A stretch of 64,000 bases of DNA from Phoronis australis (Eukaryota > Animalia > Phoronida): contig NMRA01000062.1 in assembly GCA_002633005.1 (NCBI GenBank), positions 1,039,981 through 1,103,980 of the forward strand, in the 5' to 3' direction. Shown here one piece after another: positions 26,901 to 38,900 of this stretch; within the stretch, counting starts at the first letter, position 1; every line of letters starts with the position of its first letter. Made by a program: the position numbers and the translations under genes. The notes beneath the pieces are model-generated. The model was not told where the DNA came from. It saw only the letters and a list, made by a program, of their open reading frames with translations, and ran no database searches.

Positions 26901-29900
26901 CGCCCTTGGTACTGACAATTGCCATGCTAATGCTACCTGTGCTAACACAGATGGGGGATTCAATTGTACTTGTTATGGAGGTTTCCAGGGAAATGGTATC
27001 AACTGTACTATGTCATATTCAACGCAACAAGTATCTCCAACCTCATCGTCATTCATTTCCTTAACACAAACAGTGGCCTCTTCGCAGTATTTCTCATCAA
27101 GTGCATCGTCACCCACTGATCAACTCCTGTCAACTATTGGTGCCTCGTCTCCATCAACTTCTGAGCAATCATCTTTAAGAGTAGAAACATCTACTTCTCA
27201 ACGCCTTTCGGCAAGTGTGGACTCATCTCAAGTGTCGGAGAGTATATATGCATCTGTTTCTCAACAACATTCGACGAGTGTAGAGCCATCCACTTCTCAA
27301 CAATCGTCTTTAAGTGTAGATTCATCTACTTCTCAGCAAGTGTCGATAAGTATAGCTACATCTACTTCTCAACAACCTTTGCCAAGTGTAGATTCATCTA
27401 CTTCTCAACAACAGTCGACGAGTGTAGATGCCTCTTCTTCTGAACAACCGTTGGCAAGTTTAGACTCATCTACTTCTCAACAATTGTCGACAAGTGTAGA
27501 CACTTCTACTTCTCAACAACCTTCAACAAGTGTAGACCCATCTACTCCTCAGCAAGTGTCTACGAGTGTGGAAGCATTTACTTCTCAACAGCCGTCGACG
27601 AGTGTCGATGCAACTACTTCTCAACAACCGTCTATGAGTATAGAGGCATCTCCTTCTCAACAAGCTTCAACAAGTGTAGATCCATCTACATCTCAACAAA
27701 TGTCAACGAGTGTTGATGCATCTGCTACTCAGCCATCGTCAACAAGTGTAGACCCGTCTACTTCTCAACAACCTTCTACAAGTGTAGAGCTCACTACTTC
27801 TCAACAACCATCTACGAGTAAAGGTGCATCTACTTCTCAACCATTGTCGACAGGTGTCGATCCATCCACTTCTCAACAACCGTCGACAAGTGCAGATGCA
27901 TCTACTTCTCAACAACCTTCAACAAGTGTAGACCCATCTACTCCTCAGCAAGTGTCTACGAGTGTGGAAGCATTTACTTCTCAACAGCCGTCGACGAGTG
28001 TCGATGCAACCACTTCTCAACAGTTCTCGGCAAGTGTAGACCCATCTACTTCTCAACATGTGTCGACAACTGTACACTCATCTACTTCTCAACAACTGTC
28101 TTCAAGCGTAGATGCTTCTATTTCTCAAACACCAGCAACAAGTGTGGAACCATCTACTTCTCAGCAACCTTCTACAAGTGTAGACCTTTCTAGTTCTCAA
28201 CAAATGTCGATCGGTCTGGATGCATCTACTTCTCAACAACTTTCTACACGTGTAGGCGCTTCTTCTTCTCAAGAAATGTCAACGAGTGCAGATGCATCTG
28301 CTTCTGAACCACCGTCGACAAGTGTAGACCCGTCTACTTCTCAACGATCTTCCACAAGTGTAGAATCAACTACTTCTCAACAACCGTCTATGAGTATAGA
28401 GGCATCTCCTTCTCAACAAGCTTCAACAAGTGTAGATCCATCTACATCTCAACAAATGTCAACGAGTGTTGATGCATCTGCTACTGAGCCATCGTCAACA
28501 AGTGTAGACCCGTCTACTTCTCAACAACCTTCTACAAGTGTAGAGCTCACTACTTCTCAACAACCATCTACGAGTATAGGTGCATCTACTTCTCAACCAT
28601 TGTCGACAGGTGTAGATCCATCCACTTCTCAACAACCGTCGACAAGTGCAGATGCATCTACTTCTCAACAACTATCGACGAGTGTAGATGCATCTGCTAC
28701 TGAGCCATCGTCGACAAGTGAAGACCCGTCTACTTCTCAACAACCTTCTACAAGTGTAGAGCTCACTACTTCTCAACATCCATCTACGAGTATAGTTGCA
28801 TCTCTTTCTCAACAACCGGCAACAAGTGTAGACCCTTCCGCTACTCATCAAACATCGACGAGTGTAGACTCATCTGCTTCTCAACAACTGTCGACGAGTG
28901 TAGTGTCATTTACATCTCAACTACCTCCGACTAGCGTTGTATCTACTTCTCAACAACCGTCAATGAGTGTAGATCCGTCTACTTCTCAACAGCTGTTGTC
29001 CAGTGCAGACGAATCTACTTCTCATTATTCTTCTACAAGTATGGAACCAACTACTTCTCAGCAACCGTCGACGAGTGTAGATGCCACAACTTCTGAACTG
29101 CCGTCGACGACTGTAGATTCGTCTACTTCTCAACAAATTTCAACGAGTGTAGGTGCATCTGCTTCTGAGCCATCGTCGACAAGTGTAGACCCGTCTACTT
29201 CTCAACAACCTTCTACAAGTGTAAAGCTCACTACTTCTCAACAACCGTCTACGAGCATAGATGCATCTCCTCAACAAGTGTCGACCAGTGTAGTTGCATC
29301 TACTTCTCAACAACCGTCGACAAGTGCAGATGCATCTACTTCTCAACAAATGTCGACAAGCGTAGACTCATCTACTTCTCAACAACTGCTGACCAGTGTA
29401 GACGAATCTACTTCTCAACATTCTTCTACAAGTATCGAACCAACTGCTTCTCCACAACCGTCAACGAGTGTAGATGCAACGACTTCTGAACAGCCGTCGA
29501 CGACTACAGATCTATCTACTTCTCCACACGTGTCAACGAGTGCAGATGCAGCATCTACTTCTCAACAACTTTCGACAAGCGTTGACCCTTCTTCTTCTCA
29601 ACAATTGTCGACGGATCTGGATGCATCTACTTCGCAACAACCGTCGACAAGTGTCACTCCATCTATCACTCAATATTCATCGACGAGTGCGTCTTCCTCC
29701 GCTTCAGCAAGTGTTGTCTCATCTTCTCCTATACTGTCGTCGTCGGAATCGGAACTTTTTTCGTCCCAGCAATCCATGACCACGGAAGCATTTCATTCCT
29801 CTCAACTACCGCAAACGACAACTTCAATCTATGTTACTACGCCTGATATATTAGGTAAGCAACAGGTTTTACTTAATCTTACCCTTCGAAAACCAATAAC

Positions 29901-32900
29901 AGCTATTGTGAGAGACTCCAGCTTGCCTGTGTGTTGCTGTTATTTTTGACACAAAAGGAGATAGCAACCTTTCTGATTGCGTGAACATCTGCTGTAAATT
30001 GAGTTTCTCCGAAACGTTATGCTCAACATTGCTGCCAGGTGTAGGGCAATGTAAATTGTAGCCGTTTTGTGAAGATTTCAGTTTGTCGTTCTTCGCACCC
30101 ATTGGATTGAAGCATTTTTAACCTTTCTTGGTACAAATTGACATGTGCTTTGTATTTGTGTGCAAAGTAGACACAGAACTGATAAAGTATCATCAGAGTT
30201 GTGTAGGCAGTATCTTATCTTTTGTTTGGGTTAACAAAAATACTTTCAGAGGAAAATATGAAACCGACTGAGAGCGGCAAATGTGTTAACTTTCTTACTC
30301 TGAGTGCTGCATTGATGACTATGTAGTTATGACGATTACTTTCTTTCTGGTCGTCTTGAGCGTAGCCACCCAACATGTTTGCTGTTACAGTTAACATCAC
30401 AACGATTGAAACTGAAGTAAAGCTGCTTGGTCTAGACTTTCAAGACATTTATGAAAACATGTCCAATCCGGATACAGCAGATTTCGTGGCCGTACTCAAG
30501 GCTGCTGTGAGTATTTCGGTGTTTTATCTGCTTCTGTGCTTGACACTCCGTGCTCAGTGATAACACGGAATTGTTTAATTGTCTGAGTGACATCCAGGAA
30601 GTGATTTACTTAGTGTACACATTAAATATTCTTCGCATAACGCGATGAGCCTGCATCATCTTTTACATCAAATGCGCCATCTAATGTCAATTTTATGGTA
30701 CTAATAAATACCCCTGAAAGTACACTGTTTGCGCTCTTGTTTCCTTTAAGGAAAACATTAAGTTTTTCCTCCAGTCTGGAAATTCTCCTTGTCCCGTTGA
30801 GATTGTCCTTTACATTTTCCTTAAGTTTAAGACAGCTCTTCGCTTTTCTTCAATATTTAAAGAAAATTTTGAGTCAGTGACAGTCTTGTGGCGCACTGGT
30901 GAAAATTTCCGATTTAGTTTTTCTTCCAAATTCTGAATTACATAGTAGGTACGTTTTGGATCAGCAGCCTTTGGAAAACCCAGTTTGCGTTACAATTCTT
31001 GCATAGTTGACCAGACGTTGGTCAAGTGACATTTTAAGTGAAAAGTCCAAGGCCTAACTCGAATGGCTTACTACAACTCCACTGGATTAATGACCCATAA
31101 TCTACTGTATGTGTGAACTTGTTGTCGATAACAAAATGATAACAGTCGATAGATCATGCATGTGATTGAAACCAGTCATGACATTGGCAACATTTGATTG
31201 ACTTTTTTGGTTTCTTCGGGTCAACCACCTAAGACACCTGCTTGTTTTAAAAGCGGGAAGTCGTCGTCGAGAATCATTTAGATGTTTTTTCTGTTTCGCC
31301 CGGCGGAACCAGAAAGTCTATCAAGCGCAGCCTGCGTATTACGACTTCAAGAGAAACTTGTTTCTTTTCTTTGGCCAAGAAAAATGTTAAATTTATCTTA
31401 AGTCAAAACTTAAGGTAAGGAAAAAATAAGGAGGATCTTAGGAATTAGGATAAGGATAAGGAAAATATTATAGAGACTCAGCATACGGCCCCGGATCATC
31501 TTGACAAAAAAGACGAGATTCTGCAACAGCAATATGTATGAGACATTGTTTTGCTTCTACAGAACCTTTGACGTGTGTCTTTTGTTTCAGCTTGAAATTG
31601 TGTACCGAAATAAACTTGAAAATTTCGCAGAAGTTATAATCCTGAAATTGAGGTGAGTTTAAATCTATTTAAAAAAAAACTCTTATTCGTGTCTGTCATG
31701 ATATGTATCTCGACTAATTTCCGTATGTCTTCTTTTTGTATTTTGTCAGTAAATGTGTAAAATTCACATAGGTTATTGAAGAGTCTTTTATATTTAGGCC
31801 CAATGATTAAAAACCTTTTAAATCAATAGTTTTGTTGAGCGATGTTAGTTTTATGCTTTACTATTACTACATTGCCTATTTTCCTGATTTTCTTAAGTAA
31901 ACTACTTCTTGATTGTGAGTGTCTCGATTTTTAGCGATTCGTTTTTATCACAAAAAGTTGCACCAATATTTGTCCTTTAATGTCTTGTTCTCACACCCGC
32001 GTGCATGTTTGTTTTGAACTAACAACAAATGTCTGGTTAGTCTTGGAGTTATTTTTGATTGTAAAATGCACCAATTTAAAATCTTGATTTTTCTATGCAT
32101 TCCACTAAAATGGCGATCATGTTGTGTTTCTGGGGTTGTGATTTTTTATGGTATGACTAAACCTAAACCTAATTGATTCAGATTTCCACGTTTACAACAA
32201 ATTACGTCCCACAATGCCTTCACATGTGTTTATGCCCATTTTCAAGTTTGTTATGACGCCGTTTTAGAATTTGGTGTCGCCAGCTATCATTTAAGATCAA
32301 GGGCCACGGTTCGGGCTTCTGTAACTCCTTCAAACATGTTTTTGTCAAGCTCATTGGCAATTGTGTGGACGAGATAGGAAGTGATTGCCGAGAACTGCAT
32401 TTAGGTGTTATTTGATTTTTGAGTAAAAACAATTTACCTCTGCTGGCTTCTCAAACTTTTTGGGCACAAATTTAAATCAAAAGAGGGCGTAGGGAAATGA
32501 CAAACTAAATGTACTAACGATGGTAGACGTTGCCATCTACATAGGTTGATTCGTGTAGTGAGAAGCCGGCAAGAAATCACTGATGACTTCCTTAAAGGAG
32601 TGTTCTTTTTATTCTGCTCTGGTGTAATGTAGTTTTCAAGCTAGAACATTGCTTTTCAGACGCGGGAGCATTATTGTTGACCACACAGTTGTTCTGGACA
32701 CTCCAGTGGCCCCCAGTGAAGAACAGCAGCTCCGAGTGGAGATTGCTCATGTTCTAGCGCTGCAGCAAACACTCACGGTTGGAAACGATACAGCGATTGT
32801 ACAACAAATCAACGGTAATTACTGCTAGCTGTAACTCAATACCATATTGTCTAAATTAGCGAATACTTGGGGCCCCGCCCAAGGGTGAGGCACCCCCTAG

Positions 32901-35900
32901 CCCCAGGAGCTACTCCGTGAAAATCTCCGCTTGGTAAACCTATTTTCATGTAGGTATTTATGTGGGAATGTTTAACGGTGTACCATGATGCTAATGAGCC
33001 TTCCACAGACACCAAGTCAAGATGTCTAAACACATCTCGTACATATTACGCGAAATACAGAAACTCAAAGTGACCAGGAAACATGCCAAATCGCCACAGC
33101 TTGCGCAATTTTGTATCAAATAATTTCGTTCAGGCTATGCTTTCGTTTATGAGCAGTGTGTCTTTCGTGTTGGAGGCCTCGGGTAAAGCAATCACGAGCT
33201 GTTATGGGTTGACGCAATGCATCAAAAAGGAATTATGAAATGCTTTAAATTACATGAATTATGGGGAGAGAAGTTCAATAAGGCTATCCCGGATTAAACA
33301 ACGCACACTCGATTATCGCTGCGTTTAACCATAATGCTGTAAACGTTCAAGTATATTTGCTGCCTCGTTTTCTGTATTCATTTGCATTATTCTCTTCGTC
33401 CTTCCAATGCCAAGTTTGATCAAGTGGACAAATACCCGTGGATGAGTGATCTGAAATTCTTCCCATTTCCCGACATCAGTGAGAGACACAAAATGTGTCC
33501 GATTTCCAAAACTAGGTCACGCGCTTTCTTACCTCCCGAACAAAGGAGAAGTCTATCGTCGTGTAATCCGGGACGGCCTGTTACAGTCTGTCCTCGGATA
33601 CGTTACTTGCTTGAGATTTATGTTTTTTCGCTAAGTTAGAGATAGCATCGGTCTGCTAATAGAGTGTATTCTGTCGATATATTAACAAAACAAGAAAACT
33701 ATCAAATCTTTAGTGGTATTGCCGACTGAAAAGGCGTGTCATTTTGACTACTCATAGTAACAAGGGACCGTGGGACGGGGGATAACCATAAGTTTAGAAA
33801 TCTACGTCTAAGTGTTATGTTGTGTCCATTATTTTTGTGTTGATGACGTTTATGAAATTTTACGGCTTTCGTTCAAAGCGTTGCTCCCAGCTGTGAACAG
33901 AAATTGCCATGAAGTTAACACGTTTGTGACATAAGTTATCTAAAACACGAAGTTGGAGTACACTTGGTTCACAAGTTTTCCCCCCAAAATACCGGAGGAA
34001 TGTCTTATGGGGCTACTCAAATTGACACACGTGTGACGACTAATGCCGCTCATACTACCCAGATGAACTACGTAGAGCGCAGCATAAATGAGATGTAGTT
34101 ACACTATTCTGTATTTTTGTTATGAGGAGATTAAAATTATGTGTAGTTCTATTGTTACTTTCATTTAATTTGCAGTAACCTGCACAACTTTGCCGACGTA
34201 TTGCATAAACGGTGGAATATGTCGAGATGTAAACAACAGCGTTGCTTGCAGGTGAGCTTGTCTTCTTCAGTTATTCTTTTCTCAATACCTTCTGGTTGAT
34301 TCATAGTTAGACATGTCCAGTAACTGCGGGCTATATTGTGTTCCAATTCACAATAGGAGTGTAATCGCCCTTTATAAAATTTTAGTTTCGTCTTCGTCAA
34401 TTTAGTCGAAACGTCGATGCCTCAAACCATTTAATTAGTCGCACAAAATGTGCAAAGTCAAGCGACTATCCTTGTCTTGGCGTTGTGTTCCCGGATGCAT
34501 GTAACAGTCCCAAATACGTACTCGACTAAGGTAATTCTAATGGGTGCCTATGAGCTTGTAAAAACACTGAGTGTCCTTTCTTAGGCTGTTTTAGCTTCAT
34601 GGCTATCATTTTTGGCTGTGATAGAAAGCAAGAGTAAATTCTAAGTTGAATTCTCGTTATTATTGAAAATAAGTAGGGATTTTTTTCTGCAACGCCCCTA
34701 ATTTAACCAACAAGTCCCTATTTTTTCAATGAACAAAGGGCTCATATCTTAATTATATTATTAAGTAATGTCATAAGTAAAAGAAGAGTTCATGATGAAG
34801 ATAATATGATAGAAAAATATTACATCTATGAGTAAAGAACGTCACAGATATGCAAAAGATTTATGGGTTTTTAATTGGGTCCCTGTTTGGGACTGTTTCA
34901 TTCAATGGATTCCTACTTTAAAATAGGGACAGTCTCTATTTTATTATGCGCCCACATATTTATTAGTGGACGCATTATCCTGTCATCTGCATCCGTCCGG
35001 GCGGCGTCCGTCCGGTGTACGGCGTCCGCTGCTCTATCTCCAAAACCGATTGACGTATGTTCGTGAAATTTTGCACGTGTTCCTTTCATATATGGGACGG
35101 CATGAGCGAACTTTGGGACAGGTCCGACTTCCAGTGTGCCCCCTAGTGGCAAATTTAGTTTTTTTACGTTTAGCTCTGTATCTTCAAAGGTCCTCAACGT
35201 ATTTTCATAAAATTCGGTGTATAGGCATCAGAGAGACGACGGTGTCCTCCCGCTTAGGATGGATTCGATATAGTTTGCGCCACCTAGTGGCCATTTTTAC
35301 TGTTTTCGAGTCTGTTTTTTGACGTCCACCCCTCTGTCAACCAAACCGCTTTAAGCATGATTGTGAAAATTGGCATGTATGTTCTTAATATGAAGAGGAC
35401 GGTTGACGATGATTTTACGACGACTTCGACTACTGTGGTGCCTCCTCGTGGCAGTTTTTTGCGCCTATAGCTATATCCCCTGAACCGTTTGCAGCATCTT
35501 TACTAAATTTAGTAAGTGCATTGATATGATGTTGACAATGGACGACGACGACTTTCGGACAGATCTGGCGACTGCTGTGCCACCTAGTGGTAATTTTAGT
35601 TTTACGTTTACTTCTGTATCTTCAAAGGTCCTCAACAGATTTTCATAAAATTTTGAATACAGGCACCTATTGGTGAGATGACACTATCGTCCTGTTTTCG
35701 GATGGAATCGTGGTATTTTGCGCCACCTAGTACCATTTTTGCTGTTACCTCTCTATCAACCAAACTAGTCTAAGGATGGTTTTGAAAATTGGCGTATATA
35801 TTCTCAGTGTGAAGAGGACGGTTGATGATGACGACTTTGACTACTCTGGCGCCTCCTAGTGATAGTTTTGTTTTGTTTTGCAGACATAGCTCTATCTTCT

Positions 35901-38900
35901 AATCCCATTGCACGATCTTTCATCAATTTTGTAAGGGTTTATATGAAGCTAACAACAGACAATGACGACCTTGAGGCGGATCCAATGAACACTGTGCACC
36001 CTAGTGGCAATTTCATTTTATTCTGTTTTCCTTTGTTTCTCTGAAGTTCCGTGACGTATTTCTATAGCTTTCTTTTAAAGAAGCAATGACATGCTCCCGT
36101 TTTCGGACGGATTGTTTGTTTTTGCGCCATCTAGTGGCCATTTTTATGACACAAATAAGCAACCCCAAAAGCATACCCTTTGCGATGCATTCGTGGGCGC
36201 TCTTGTTTTGGATAAGGACATAGGAATTCAAGTACTTCTTCAAACCATGGAATCATATCTCAGGCATCTCAAAAGCTTCAGTATACTTGCCTGTGTGGTT
36301 ACTTTAATTGTTTGTTCTTTTGTTTGACCTTTGTTCTTCTATGTAGTTGTCAGTTTGCCATTTTTAAAACTGAGCGTGTCTTATTTGCAGTTGCCCTGAT
36401 GGTGTATCCGGTGCGTATTGTCAGAACGTGGGGCCCGGATCAGTACAAGACGTGTTACCAATCATCGCCGGAGCTACCATATCCGGCATCCTTCTTATCA
36501 TCATCATTGTCTGTGCGTCTATAGCTATATGGTACCGCCGACGGCAGAAGAGGAAAGCAAGAAACATGTAAGTAATTATCACTCAGTGCGTCTGCACTCC
36601 ACCGCCTACAGCAACGTCTTGATTTTAATAATTAAACAATAAAATCAATTTACTGCTCCAGTAATTAAAAACTGACAGAAGTAAACTTTCAATCTATTTA
36701 AAACCCAATGTTGCCACATTTTGCTCTGACTTCTGTTTCTTCACTGAGAGTCATTTTTGTTGATGCGACACAACTGCTCGAATTTTATGCCTAGCTCTGA
36801 CGGGTGGCAATGCTCAATCTACGCTTCATTTTCATTAGGAAATTGCTGGATGTAATGCGAACACCTGGAATATCACTAGGGGGCAGTCTGTTCCGACTGT
36901 CAGTCAACGTCAGTTCCACCTGGATTAACACTCAGTTTCGTTGTAATTGCAGGCTGCATTACCAAGATGCCTTCTTCTCGGGTAAACCAGGTGTTTTTAG
37001 GCAACAGTTCCTAGGAAGAAGACCCGACCCTCTAAACTACAGTGAGAGCGGTGATAGCTGGGACCGAATTAGCAATATAACCCTTCACAGAACTCGAGGA
37101 GAAAGTGAGTTTCCTTGGAGAGTATGTTTTGCAACTACAGAAATCCTGTGTCAGGATTGATTGCTTTGTTATAGCCCATGTCTTTGTACACTGAACACAG
37201 CGTAGTTACGTTCTCGGTCATTTTAACATAACCAGAGTACATCCCATGAAAGAAAGACGCAGTTGTATATCCGGTTTGGGCTGTTTCCCACCTGCGTGCA
37301 AATCAATATTGCATCAAGTTAATAATTTTGTGTTGCTCTATGTTTCAAATCTCACCTCTGGTGAAACTAGTTAAAAATTACCTGTTCTTTAGACTATCTC
37401 CCGCGCATGATGCGAGATGTGCCCCACGGTGGCTATCACGGACGAAGCTTCCCCAGGGGGATGACAATGGACTTCGGAGAAGATGATTATATGGCGCCGC
37501 GGATGGAGCCTGGCGACAACTACTATTATCACATGTTTAACAGCAGTGAAGATGTGAGTTACTTTATGCATGGGCCTGTTAACAGCATATGATTTAGCCG
37601 CGGAATGTTGGCTATTTTACTTTATTTTTTTCCAAGGGCTAGAATTCCAATCGTATGTGGTTTGCTAATTACGAATGCAAGCAATTGTGACCGTGAACCA
37701 GTTCATCCGCCAACGAGCATTTTCGTTTTTTATGCGCCCACATATTTATTTATATGTGGTTGCATATTGCCGTCATCTCTGTCTGGCGTCCGGGGGTCCA
37801 GCGTCCGTTGTCCGCAACTGTATCTCCTAAGGCCCTTGCGGGATCGTATTGAAATTTGGCAGGTGCCTATGGGGACTTCGACAGAGGGCGACGAGTTTCT
37901 GACCGACCCGAATACCGCTGTGCCCCCTAGTGGCATTTTTATTTTTTTGCGTTTGCCTCTGTATCTTTAAAGGTCTTCAACCGATTTTCATGAAATGTGG
38001 TACATAGGCATCTATTAATGAGTTGACGATATCCTCCCGTTTTTGGGATTGCTTAGATGGATTTTACGCCATCTAGTGGCCATGTTTACTTTTTTCGAGT
38101 CGTTTTTTTGGCATCCGCCCCTCTAACAACCAAACCACTCGAAGGATGATTTTGAAACTTGGCATGTATGATCATACTATGAAGAAGACAGCTGACGATG
38201 ATTTTCCGATGACTTCGACTACTGTGGCGCCTCCTAGTTGCAGTTTTTTTGTTTTTGCGCCCATGACTGTATCTCCTAAACGCTCTACAGGATCATTATT
38301 AAATTTAGCAAATGTATTTATATAAAGTTGACAACAGACTTCGACGACTTTCGGTCAGATCGGTCTACCGGTGTTTATCGCTGTATCTTCAAAGGACTCA
38401 ATGGACTTCCATAAAATTTGGCACATAGACATCCATCAGTGAGGTGACGCTTGCCATTCATCTTCGGATTGATTCAAATTTTTTGCGCCACCAAGTGGCC
38501 ATTTTTGTTATTCTTTAGTCTGTTTTTTGGCGTTCGTCCCTCTGTCAACCAAACCACTCTAAGGATGGTTGTGAAAGTTGGCATGTATGTACTTTCTATG
38601 TAGGGGACGGTTGCCGATGATTTTCTGATGACTTCGACTTCTGTAGCGCCTCCTAGTGGCGTTTTTTTGCACCCATACCTGTATCTGCCCTCTTCATGAT
38701 CTTTATGAAATTTAGCACGTGTATTTACATGAAGTTAACTAGAAAAGATTAGGACCTTTAGACAGATCCGATGAACAATGCGTCCCCTAGTGGCAGTTTC
38801 GTTTTTTTATTTGTTTTCCTGTGTTTCTCTGAAGTTCATCTGCGAATTTAAATTAAAGTTGGTAAATGGCTTTCTTTTAAAGAAACAATGACATTGTTTT

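Noticed and set aside
27160-29660. 36-bp periodic repeats as a CRISPR array
   Set aside because: Contiguous in-frame coding repeats without unique spacers, in a eukaryotic exon with no cas genes.
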